Below are positions 1 to 8,246 of a stretch of 64,000 bases of DNA, piece by piece (within the stretch, counting starts at the first letter, position 1; each line of letters opens with the position of its first letter). The translations under genes were made by a program, and so were the position numbers. Origin of the DNA: Candidatus Komeilibacteria bacterium (GTDB taxonomy: Bacteria; Patescibacteriota; Patescibacteriia; UBA1558; GWA2-36-10); the NCBI GenBank assembly GCA_018656065.1, contig JABHZY010000024.1, positions 160,970 to 224,969 of the forward strand, written 5' to 3'. The notes under the pieces are model-generated. The model saw only the letters and a list, made by a program, of their open reading frames with translations, made no database searches and was not told the DNA's origin.

Positions 1-941
1 CCATAAGGAGATCCTTCATTCAAACCACTACGATGAACTACAGTATAAACATCATAAGAACCAGCTCCTGTAGACAAATTAATATCCTCATAATCATAAG
101 CTGGTAAATTTTGTGAACCACAGTTTAAGCCCATTACTTCTAAATCTACTACAAATTCAGCATCAGCATCTTCGCAGCTTGGTTCTGGCTCTTCACAAGC
201 AAAATTAAGAGTTATTGCATTGCCTGGTTCATAATGACCACCGCTATCATATCTAGCTGTCATGGAAAAATGATAATCTGTATCACATAGATAATTATAA
301 GCATAATTATAAGATGTAACACCTGGATCAGGAATCCACTGTATTAATACATCGCCTGGATTTAGCGGATACTCAGGATTAGGATTTGTTTCAGAGAAAA
401 CTACTTTATAACCCTGTAGTCTTTCGTCTGTAATCTCATCCCAACTAATTAAAACATTTCCATAATCACCATTCCATTCTGCATCAACTACTGGTACTGG
501 ATATGGCAATTCTTGGTCATTATAACAAAAACTCACATGGCTAAGTCCATAAGGTAAACCATTTGAGTCATTTATCGGTGTTGATAAATCAAAACCGCTT
601 GTTGCAGATGGGTTGTAGCTGTAGACATTGGCATTTGGACCACCTTTAGCAATGACTGCGTCTATGCCAAAAGTTGAGCTCCAATCAAACATACCCTGAG
701 TACCATTTACAATGGTTACAGAACCATCGCTATTAGGATAAGTACCATCAACAGGAGGTTCAATTTTAAACTCATTATCATAGCCTAAGTCTGAACAACT
801 TGGATTTCCCTCTACAAATTCTGGATTTTCTACAGTAGCTTGTGCTATTGGTATAGAAAAATCAACACTCAAGGCTGAATTTCCTATTACCATAGTGAAT
901 GCTATGAAGTAAAAAAGTCCAGTTTTTAAGACATTTTTCAT
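1..941 (-). CDS. Secreted/surface protein, runs off the window edge (N-terminal signal/TM segment, then an Fn3-like beta-rich region)
   Basis: Not in the ORF track. Manual translation from ATG at 941 (MKNVLKTGLFYFIAFTMVIG...) stays open to position 1; Fn3-like pattern 'VLISW...GYKV...YHFSMTA'. Confidence 0.7.
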   Translation of the reverse strand, partial: MKNVLKTGLFYFIAFTMVIGNSALSVDFSIPIAQATVENPEFVEGNPSCSDLGYDNEFKIEPPVDGTYPNSDGSVTIVNGTQGMFDWSSTFGIDAVIAKGGPNANVYSYNPSATSGFDLSTPINDSNGLPYGLSHVSFCYNDQELPYPVPVVDAEWNGDYGNVLISWDEITDERLQGYKVVFSETNPNPEYPLNPGDVLIQWIPDPGVTSYNYAYNYLCDTDYHFSMTARYDSGGHYEPGNAITLNFACEEPEPSCEDADAEFVVDLEVMGLNCGSQNLPAYDYEDINLSTGAGSYDVYTVVHRSGLNEGSPY

Positions 942-1098
942 ATTTTATACTAATCAATTAGTTAAAGGTAATTGTAATATAATTACAATTTATATATTTA
1001 AATTATTATTTAATTTTAACAGATTATTATACCAATATATTCTAATTGTTGTCAACAACTAATAATCAACATCCTTCTACCCTCTAACTTACTCTCTT

Positions 1099-2913
1099 TT
1101 AAAAAATAGTCAAGAAGGTTAATAAAGCTATTAAACCTAAGGTTGAAGTTATAGTACCAAGATGCTGTTTCCTAACCTGTATAAAGACATTCATAACTAA
1201 AGCAATAAAGGCTAATATTAGCATAATTTGATAATAAACATTACCTATATTAAACAGAGGTTCTATAAATTCTGATTTACTTTGTTTTAAAAATGAATAT
1301 TGATTTATGGTAGAACCAGCCACTGGTTTAATATCTTCCCAATTGATGTCTTGAACCAAGACATTACCTGCTTTATCCACAGCTGTCAAAGAAGCTAAAA
1401 CTATTGGATTAAATAAAGAATCATAATCCACACCTGATATAATATGATGTCCAGTCCACTTACCTTCTTCACTATAATCTTTAATTAAATCTATTTTATT
1501 ATCAGCAAAATTTACAAAAGCTTCCATTGTATCATCACTCAAATAAGCAGTAGCTTTCAATACTATATCATCTCCTCCACTAGGTTTATTTACCAAAATA
1601 AAGGTCTGACTCTGATCTAGACTAGGAATTGTATTATCTATACTAAGTGTATAATAAATTGAATCAGCTGATTTTTGTCCTTGGTAGGCCATTAATTGCA
1701 GATTATGCTTACCTTCATTAAATTTAATAGCTATATCAAACTCTTCTTTATCCACAACCTTATTAGCAATTAACTCCCCATCTGAATAAACAGCTATTCT
1801 ATCAGCTCCCTGAGCTAAAACATTCAATATATTTATATTATCTTTAGAAATATATCCATCTACTGGACTAAGTAAAATTGGCTTCTTTAAAACTACTATT
1901 TCTTTTTCAGCTAAAACTAAATCATTTTGCGGTTCTGAAATAGGCAAATCTTCTTCTGCTGCTTCTTCAATAATCTCCTCTTCTTCATCTAAATCAATAA
2001 TTACTTGTTCTATTTTTGTATTATAATCTTGAGCTTTTTCAATATTTTCCTTTATTTCTGGGGCAATAGGTTCTTCTACTGGTTCAGGAATTTCAACAAC
2101 TGGAACAGCAACTGTATATGGATCAGCAAAATATTGAGCAGTTAAAGTAGTCTCATAACTATTATAATCACCACTAACTACACCAACACCTATTTGTGTA
2201 TAATCAGGGTCAATTAAATTACTATAGTGAGTTGAAGACTCTTTCCAAGCTGCCACTACATCATCAGCATCTGAAAAACCAATAGCCAGGTTTTCTCCAG
2301 CTACCCTAAAATTATAATTTAAATCATATAACCAATGTCTAAGAGCTCTATCATCAGGACTAACATGAGCAAAATATTGATCAATTAACATGTCATTAGC
2401 TTTATTTAAAGCTGCTTGATTCAATACTTGATTTTCTACAACCGGAGCTATACCTAATTCAGTTCTAATATTATTAGTTAATTGTATAATCTTTTGAGCT
2501 TGTTGATGTAAAATATCAGGAGATAGCCAGGCTTGAACTGGAAATGATAAAGCAAAAGCTACCATAATTACTTTTATGGTTATAGCTGAAATAGCATGAA
2601 AGGCTAATCTTTTTGGATGTAGAGCGTGAGGTTTAAAACTATTACATTGATTAGGAATAAAAAGATCCCTAAGGTTGCCTTTGCCTCTAGGATTTCGACC
2701 AGACTTTACCTCTTGACCATCTGACATATCATCAGAATCGGTGTCTGGATCAAGCGGGTCTGTCTTATAGACGTGTACCTCTTGATAATCTCCTAATTCA
2801 TCTTTATCAGTATCTGCATTGTGAGGATCTGTGCCCAAAGCTTCTTCCTCATGGTCTAATAAACCATCAGCATCAGAATCTAATATTTTTTTGTCTTTTT
2901 TGTCGTTTGACAT
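1099..2913 (-). CDS. Membrane-anchored protein with TSP3-like Ca-binding repeats, a CAP/SCP domain and an Ig-like region
   Basis: DSDADGLLD/DTDKDELGD/DTDSDDMSD repeats; CAP motifs 'YFAH', 'GENLA', 'W..S..H..N'; two C-terminal TM helices. ATG start at 2913 preferred over TTG at 2928. Confidence 0.8.
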   Translation of the reverse strand: MSNDKKDKKILDSDADGLLDHEEEALGTDPHNADTDKDELGDYQEVHVYKTDPLDPDTDSDDMSDGQEVKSGRNPRGKGNLRDLFIPNQCNSFKPHALHPKRLAFHAISAITIKVIMVAFALSFPVQAWLSPDILHQQAQKIIQLTNNIRTELGIAPVVENQVLNQAALNKANDMLIDQYFAHVSPDDRALRHWLYDLNYNFRVAGENLAIGFSDADDVVAAWKESSTHYSNLIDPDYTQIGVGVVSGDYNSYETTLTAQYFADPYTVAVPVVEIPEPVEEPIAPEIKENIEKAQDYNTKIEQVIIDLDEEEEIIEEAAEEDLPISEPQNDLVLAEKEIVVLKKPILLSPVDGYISKDNINILNVLAQGADRIAVYSDGELIANKVVDKEEFDIAIKFNEGKHNLQLMAYQGQKSADSIYYTLSIDNTIPSLDQSQTFILVNKPSGGDDIVLKATAYLSDDTMEAFVNFADNKIDLIKDYSEEGKWTGHHIISGVDYDSLFNPIVLASLTAVDKAGNVLVQDINWEDIKPVAGSTINQYSFLKQSKSEFIEPLFNIGNVYYQIMLILAFIALVMNVFIQVRKQHLGTITSTLGLIALLTFLTIF

Positions 2914-3169
2914 AATTTTTACAGACAAATATTAATAGTTAATTAAATCATATATCTACAATTTTGTCAATAGAGACAAAAATCCCCTATTTTCATACCT
3001 TTATTATATCATAAAAACTAACAAAACAAATACCCAAGTCACTATAATTAAGAAGGTTTTTTTATTATAAATTAGCACTAAAATTACATTAAAAAAGAAC
3101 TCAAATATTACATTTATAAGATTAATTATAAACAAAGAAAAATAGAAAAATAACTAGCTATTTCCATAG

Positions 3170-3196
3170 TTATCCACAAACTAAAAGTTATCCACA
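3170..3196 (+). promoter_or_regulatory. Two perfect DnaA boxes
   Basis: TTATCCACA at 3170-3178 and 3188-3196 in an AT-rich intergenic region. Confidence 0.6.
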
Positions 3197-3273
3197 TTAT
3201 CATATTAAAGTATAGAATAGTCTATACTTTAATCTATATAGAACTATCAAAAAAACACCCCTAAGGATGAAAA

Positions 3274-3318
3274 TGGAGCCGTCACGCAGACTTGAACTGC
3301 GGACCCCTTCCTTACCAT
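3274..3318 (-). pseudogene. 3' half of the split host tRNA-Thr(GGT) (anticodon loop to CCA); left junction of the island
   Basis: Minus strand ATGGTAA-GGAAG-GGGTC-CGCAG-TTCAAGT-CTGCG-TGACGGC-T-CCA; its stems pair with the 5' half at 11332-11368. Confidence 0.93.
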
Positions 3319-3335
3319 CAATCAGCTCAAGTATG

Positions 3336-3377
3336 TTCTCTTATTATTTATCTAACCTTAGATAAATAATAAGAGAA
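3336..3377. repeat. Perfect 20-bp inverted repeat with a 2-nt centre
   Basis: TTCTCTTATTATTTATCTAA-CC-TTAGATAAATAATAAGAGAA. Confidence 0.9.
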
Positions 3378-3445
3378 TTACTGAATATAATGATATTTTA
3401 CAGATGAGCGCTTTATCTCCTAAATACTGCCATTAAAATATATCA

Positions 3446-4402
3446 CTATTCTATCAAATCATCAACTCGAATTAGCTCACAATCCCCCTTCATAACTCCT
3501 GTAGGTAAGGATCTTGTATATTTAGCCGTCATACGTGGGTCTTTATGTCCTAATAACTGCTGTAATTTATAATAATTATATTTACTAACATTCAAATAAT
3601 TAACAGCAAAAGTATGCCTAAATTGATGAAGGTGAAATTTCACACCTGATTTTTTAACAATTTGGTCTTTTGTATGCTTCAAGCCATAATTTGTAAATTT
3701 ACTTCCTCTACCAGAAACCCATAGATATTCTGATTTATCTTCTATTATTTTTCTTTCCTTCAAATAATCCCGTAAAGCTACTTTTAATTTATTATTTATG
3801 GGCACCACTCTTAATCGTCTAGACTTAGAAGTCTCTGGGTTTATAGTCAATTCATTATTATTAAAATCTAGACTATCTAATTTTAGACCTAATAATTCTC
3901 CTGATCTTATACCAGTATATAGAAAAGTATTAATTATGGCGAAGTTTCTTTTTCTAATAAAACTATTACGCCAATCTATATGAAAATTAATAGATGACAT
4001 AATACGCTCCACTTCTTTTTTTCTTAAATACTTCCTATCTTCATATTGAACTACTGGATATTCTAGCTCTTCGCTATCGAATGGATTAGAATCAATATGA
4101 TTATGAGCTTTTAACCATTTGAAGAAACGACTTAATCCACTCCAATGTGTTGCAACTGTACTTTTCTTAATACTTTTTACTACCTTATCCCGCCCTATAG
4201 TTCTTTCTCTTTTATCTAACCAACGAAAAAAATGATTAATCATCTTAGAATCTATCATTACTAATGTAATATCGGGGAAACACTGTATTAGTAGCTTAAA
4301 AGTAGTCTCATAGCCTTTTATAGTTGTTGGCGCTAACTTTTCCATATAAGTTAATTGATCTATAAATTCTTTATGTAAATTTACTAGTTTATTATTATCC
4401 AT
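3446..4402 (-). CDS. Tyrosine recombinase/integrase (XerC/D-like)
   Basis: Catalytic motifs TGIRSGEL, HQFRHTFA, LLGH, TAKY; SAM-like N-terminus. Confidence 0.93.
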   Translation of the reverse strand: MDNNKLVNLHKEFIDQLTYMEKLAPTTIKGYETTFKLLIQCFPDITLVMIDSKMINHFFRWLDKRERTIGRDKVVKSIKKSTVATHWSGLSRFFKWLKAHNHIDSNPFDSEELEYPVVQYEDRKYLRKKEVERIMSSINFHIDWRNSFIRKRNFAIINTFLYTGIRSGELLGLKLDSLDFNNNELTINPETSKSRRLRVVPINNKLKVALRDYLKERKIIEDKSEYLWVSGRGSKFTNYGLKHTKDQIVKKSGVKFHLHQFRHTFAVNYLNVSKYNYYKLQQLLGHKDPRMTAKYTRSLPTGVMKGDCELIRVDDLIE

Positions 4403-4663
4403 AATTATTTATTATATTATTAAAACCATGCTTATATGCATAGTTTCTAAATAAAAATACCGATACAGGTAAATAGTATAAAACTACGCATATAGCGTAT
4501 TCTATACTCCCTGTTCGGTTTCATTCTAACTAATAATCTTTTCCCCTTTTGGGTACTCCCAATTTAATTAGTTCTAACAAATGGGGGCCTTTAATTCCAT
4601 ATATTATGGATGCAAGTGGCCAAAAATATCACGAACACCAAGAGTGTTTATTCAATTGTATTA

Positions 4664-4693
4664 ATTATACCATACATAAACATCTTTATGCAA
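4664..4693 (-). promoter_or_regulatory. Sigma70-like promoter facing the left integrase
   Basis: Minus strand TTGCAT-N18-TATAAT with a TG extended -10. Confidence 0.5.
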
Positions 4694-5175
4694 TTATGTA
4701 AGCATTTCATATAATTAAATTAGTAATCAATATAGTGTGTTAAATGTAATTCTATAAGTGTTATTTTGAATGCCATCTATAATATATATACCCCTCTGTA
4801 CACAAAACACTATGTATTTCCGTACAGTGTGTGAAACACTGAGTGCATGGGAGAGACTAACCCTCTGCCTCACAGACATGAATACAATAATAACGAGAAA
4901 GCGAGAAAAGGTAGTGGGGGTATCTGAGAATCGTGAACGTTTTATTATGACTTCACCCTCTATCATAAAAGTTAATATAATTTGAAAATACGGGCATTAT
5001 TTGCTACAATTGAGATACAATTTAATGGGCCTAAACTCTATATTTATAGAGCATGGCTTAAAATCATAACGCATATTGACCCCGTCATTCAGGGCATGCG
5101 TTATGTTATGCAGGGAAACTTGTATATAGGCTTAGGCCTTCCTGGTGGCGGGTTTTGTGTTATTAATAAAAAAAT

Positions 5176-5805
5176 ATGCCAGTATTTGATGCATCAGTTT
5201 TGAATCCAAAAATTAGAGAAATGCAAACCTATTATGATCCAGAAAGTGGTTGTCAGGTATATAATGATAGGCAGGCTTTTGAATCTTGTAAACAGACTTA
5301 TTATCTAAAAATACAAACTGAACAAAATAAAGAATATAATAACCCAATTGATAATTATGAAGTTGAAACACCCCATCAAAACCTTGAAGATATTAATTAT
5401 GAATTATTATCTATTAAAAAAGAAATAAATGATATTAAAACCGATACCTATAATAAAGGATCCGATTACTTAAATTTAACTTACTTCTTTGCCGGTATTT
5501 TATTAGTATTAATAGTATTTATTTTTATAAAACTATTTAGAAAATATAAAGTTAGAAAAAAAGATCATTTAATTGATAAAATTATAAAGAAACAAGAAAA
5601 AAAATGGTGGCAACTCAAATATATGAGTAAAAATGATTATGGTAAAATAGCTATAATTGGATTAGTCCTAGCTTTTATAAAAACTGGCATCCCTGTACCT
5701 CTAAACCCATTATTAAATTTCTTAGTGAATGTAATAATAACCTTTGGATTATTTGCTGGAATTATGTGGATTATAGAAAAAAGTAAAAGAAACAAAAAAG
5801 AATAA
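5176..5805 (+). CDS. Hypothetical membrane protein (about 3 TM)
   Basis: 209-aa ORF with three hydrophobic segments; no recognised family. Confidence 0.6.
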   Translation: MPVFDASVLNPKIREMQTYYDPESGCQVYNDRQAFESCKQTYYLKIQTEQNKEYNNPIDNYEVETPHQNLEDINYELLSIKKEINDIKTDTYNKGSDYLNLTYFFAGILLVLIVFIFIKLFRKYKVRKKDHLIDKIIKKQEKKWWQLKYMSKNDYGKIAIIGLVLAFIKTGIPVPLNPLLNFLVNVIITFGLFAGIMWIIEKSKRNKKE

Positions 5806-5816
5806 ATTATGTCTAT

Positions 5817-6338
5817 ATGATTATAGAAAATCAATTTATCATTCCTTTTGTTAAAGAAGTTAAGCTTCTAATGAAAGATAAGGAAAATGAATATTACAAA
5901 GATATACCAAAAATAATTATACTAATGACACTTTGGGGTAAAATGGGCTTACATAAAACAGTTAGACGTGTTCATATCGATGATTTTAATAATGATTTCT
6001 ATAATATATGTTATGAACTTACAAGATATGGTTTAACTATCGGCATATGTTTAATGAAAAAAGTTGATAAAAAAAATATAAAAATTATACCAACATGCTA
6101 TGGTATATCATCTCATATTGGCGTAAAAGAATTACCTCACTTCCCATCTATGATTGATAAAATAATTAATCTTGAAGTAGATAAGGTCACTAAAAAATAC
6201 TTTGATGAAAGTCCCCACCGCTATAAAGATTTTACACAAAACCTTATAAAAGAAAATATATTTAGATATTATACTAATAGAGCTTTCCAAATAGCTATAA
6301 ATTCTAATCTTTATGTCACTCTCCCAAAAACTAATTAA
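5817..6338 (+). CDS. Hypothetical protein
   Basis: 173-aa ORF starting 11 nt after the previous gene. Confidence 0.55.
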   Translation: MIIENQFIIPFVKEVKLLMKDKENEYYKDIPKIIILMTLWGKMGLHKTVRRVHIDDFNNDFYNICYELTRYGLTIGICLMKKVDKKNIKIIPTCYGISSHIGVKELPHFPSMIDKIINLEVDKVTKKYFDESPHRYKDFTQNLIKENIFRYYTNRAFQIAINSNLYVTLPKTN

Positions 6339-6471
6339 AAAATATCAAAAACTTCATAAAAGAAAATTTGGTGAAAATATAAGTGAAGAAGAATCTGAAG
6401 AAGCATTGAATAATTTAGCTGATTTTTTTCAACTTTTGCTTGATGTAGATAAAAAGAATAATACGAAATAA
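6313..6471 (+). CDS. Small helical protein (52 aa) resembling small proteins of CPR mobile elements
   Basis: Not in the ORF track. MSLSQKLIKKYQKLHKRKFGENISEEESEEALNNLADFFQLLLDVDKKNNTK; family resemblance is from recall. Confidence 0.7.
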   Translation: MSLSQKLIKKYQKLHKRKFGENISEEESEEALNNLADFFQLLLDVDKKNNTK

Positions 6472-6498
6472 TAATTTAGAAAAAACGACTACTTATGC

Positions 6499-6527
6499 TT
6501 GATTTTATTAGCTTTTTATAGTATACT
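6499..6527 (+). promoter_or_regulatory. Sigma70 promoter of the ncRNA-RT unit
   Basis: TTGATT(6499-6504)-N17-TATACT(6522-6527); predicted start near 6534, at the base of the first hairpin. Confidence 0.75.
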
Positions 6528-6533
6528 AGACGT

Positions 6534-6820
6534 ACTTATGGAGAATTGTTCATAAGGAATTATGTTGATAAGGTTCGTCAACTTTATGGCTATCGCCAAT
6601 ACCTGTATATATTCAGGTATGAGAATTAGCAATAAAGTGACTAGATGAACTATTAGATGCCTCAAGAGCTCAAGGAGCTTGGCTGATAATAAGGACTTTA
6701 TACCTCTAAACATAATATAACATAAGTTATATTCCTCCTGGCCGCGTCTAAGCGGTAAGTTACGTTTGGACCTTAATACCACACGAGAAGCCAGGATTCT
6801 CGGTATTAAGGCGTGTATCA
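6534..6820 (+). ncRNA. DRT2-type template/scaffold ncRNA
   Basis: Lies between the promoter and the RT. 5' hairpin CTTATGGA/TTCATAAG; stem TTATGTTG(6560-6567)/TAACATAA(6718-6725) enclosing the template; internal hairpin ATACCTG/CAGGTAT; 3' stem CCTTAATACC/GGTATTAAGG; loop GCCAGGA complementary to TCCTGGC. Confidence 0.85.
6568..6711 (-). other. neo: Predicted 144-nt cDNA repeat unit encoding a stop-free Neo-like 48-aa repeat
   Basis: ATAA at 6568-6571 and 6712-6715, exactly 144 nt apart. One antisense frame is open (MFRGIKSLLSAKLLELLRHLIVHLVTLLLILIPEYIQVLAIAIKLTNL). The junction yields TTGACG-N17-TATAAA. Confidence 0.75.
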
Positions 6821-6827
6821 CAATAAA

Positions 6828-8228
6828 ATGAATCTACAAAAACTCAAAAGAGAATGGTTGAAATTAGAAAATGATAAAGTACAAGAAAAAAGAAAATACA
6901 AACAATTCAACTATAGAGTAAAAAATATAAGTGAAAAATTGGCTCAAAAAATATGGGAACCAGCATTTGTTGCTGGTTATTCTTTTTATCCATTTATTAA
7001 ATACTATGACATACAACGAAAGTGTAAAAGAGACCCAAAAACTTCAAAAATATATATATCTAAAAAAGAAAGACCTATTTGTCTAACTGGTCATAAGGAA
7101 TCAATTATAGTTTCTTGGTACGCCCACTTACTGAGTCATATATATGAAATATGGATGAAAAAATATAACTTAGAAAATGAGGTGATAGCTTATAGAAGTA
7201 TAGAGGGTAAATCAAGTTATAATTTTGCATCTGATGTTTTTAATTTCTGTAAAAAACAAAAAGAATCTGTAATATTAACTTATGATATAAAAGGCTTTTT
7301 TGATAATCTAGATCATAAAATAATAAAAAAACTCTGGGTAAAATTATTAAAAGAGGTGGATATTGAAAATTCACACAATGGATTACCAAAAGATCATTAT
7401 GCTGTTTATAAATATATGACCTCATACTCTTTTGTAAATATAAATGATGTTTACAGTGCCTTGGGTTTGAAAAAGAAAGATCTAAGAGCTATGTTAAGAT
7501 TATGTTCTGAAGATGACTTCCATCAAAAGATCCAAAGAAAAGGAAAAGATAAAAGTTTAATACAATCAAATAAACCATCTTTAGGAAAAAGGGGTTTTGG
7601 TATTCCACAAGGAGCTGCAATTAGTGCTGTATTGTCCAATATGTATATGATAGACTTTGATCGTTTAGTATCTACTAATGTCAAGAAAATAGGAGGTTTA
7701 TATCGCAGATATAGCGATGATATTGTTGTAGTCGTACCTACAGAACACTACAAAAAAACTAACCAGTCTATAAATAATATTATCTCAAAAATTCTTTTAG
7801 AGCTTGAGCCTACTAAAACTACTATCACTAAAGTAAAGCTGAATAAAGATAATAATTGTAGTTGTTATGACCTAAATGGTAAAAATGTATCTGTGCCTTA
7901 CCTTGGTGTAGAATGGGATGGTAAAAAAATACTACTGCGTGGTAAAACTCTAGCAAGGTACCACAGGAGAATGTCTAAAGCTGTATATACTGTAGCTAAG
8001 AATGCACAGCTTAGAGGACAAAAATATATTCCTAAACGTCGTCTGTATGAAGCATTTACTGGCTATGGAAAGAGTAACTTTCAATCCTATGTATTGAGAG
8101 CGGGAAAAGGGATAAAGTCAAAAGAACTAATAAGACAAATCTCTAAACATAAAGCTATGCAACACCTAAAGAAGAAAATTAAAAAAACTATATCTAAATT
8201 AAAAAACGAACCAAAAAAATCATCTTGA
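6828..8228 (+). CDS. drt2: Antiviral reverse transcriptase, DRT2 (UG2) type
   Basis: RT core YDIKGFFDNLDH, GIPQGAAISAVLSN, YRRYSDD, YLG. Blocks I recognise as DRT2-like: SFYPFI, KERPI, IAYR..GK, LPKDHYAVYK, C-terminal RRLY...G.SNFQSY..RA. ATG 6828 preferred over GTG 6813. Confidence 0.88.
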   Translation: MNLQKLKREWLKLENDKVQEKRKYKQFNYRVKNISEKLAQKIWEPAFVAGYSFYPFIKYYDIQRKCKRDPKTSKIYISKKERPICLTGHKESIIVSWYAHLLSHIYEIWMKKYNLENEVIAYRSIEGKSSYNFASDVFNFCKKQKESVILTYDIKGFFDNLDHKIIKKLWVKLLKEVDIENSHNGLPKDHYAVYKYMTSYSFVNINDVYSALGLKKKDLRAMLRLCSEDDFHQKIQRKGKDKSLIQSNKPSLGKRGFGIPQGAAISAVLSNMYMIDFDRLVSTNVKKIGGLYRRYSDDIVVVVPTEHYKKTNQSINNIISKILLELEPTKTTITKVKLNKDNNCSCYDLNGKNVSVPYLGVEWDGKKILLRGKTLARYHRRMSKAVYTVAKNAQLRGQKYIPKRRLYEAFTGYGKSNFQSYVLRAGKGIKSKELIRQISKHKAMQHLKKKIKKTISKLKNEPKKSS

Positions 8229-8244
8229 ACTAGATGATTTTTTT
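8213..8244. terminator. Bidirectional intrinsic terminator between the RT and the AlbA_2 gene
   Basis: AAAAAAATCATCT-TGAACT-AGATGATTTTTTT between convergent genes. Confidence 0.7.
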
Positions 8245-8246
8245 AT

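Noticed and set aside
4727..5203. Short ORFs 4727-4966, 4770-4985 and 4982-5203
   Set aside because: Mutually overlapping, atypical composition and no recognisable motifs; treated as non-coding.
3446..6471. Integron (intI plus attC cassettes)
   Set aside because: The recombinase shows no obvious IntI-specific insertion, and I found no repeated RYYYAAC...GTTRRRY attC sites between the ORFs.
6516..6821. 101-aa antisense ORF as an ordinary genomic gene
   Set aside because: It overlaps the structured ncRNA; its openness is better explained by the embedded stop-free Neo-like frame.
6828..8228. RT as a retron, group II intron or DGR enzyme
   Set aside because: No retron VTG/NAxxH signature, no maturase/endonuclease domain or intron domain V/VI seen, and no TR/VR repeat pair or avd gene. 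Motifs and upstream RNA fit DRT2.
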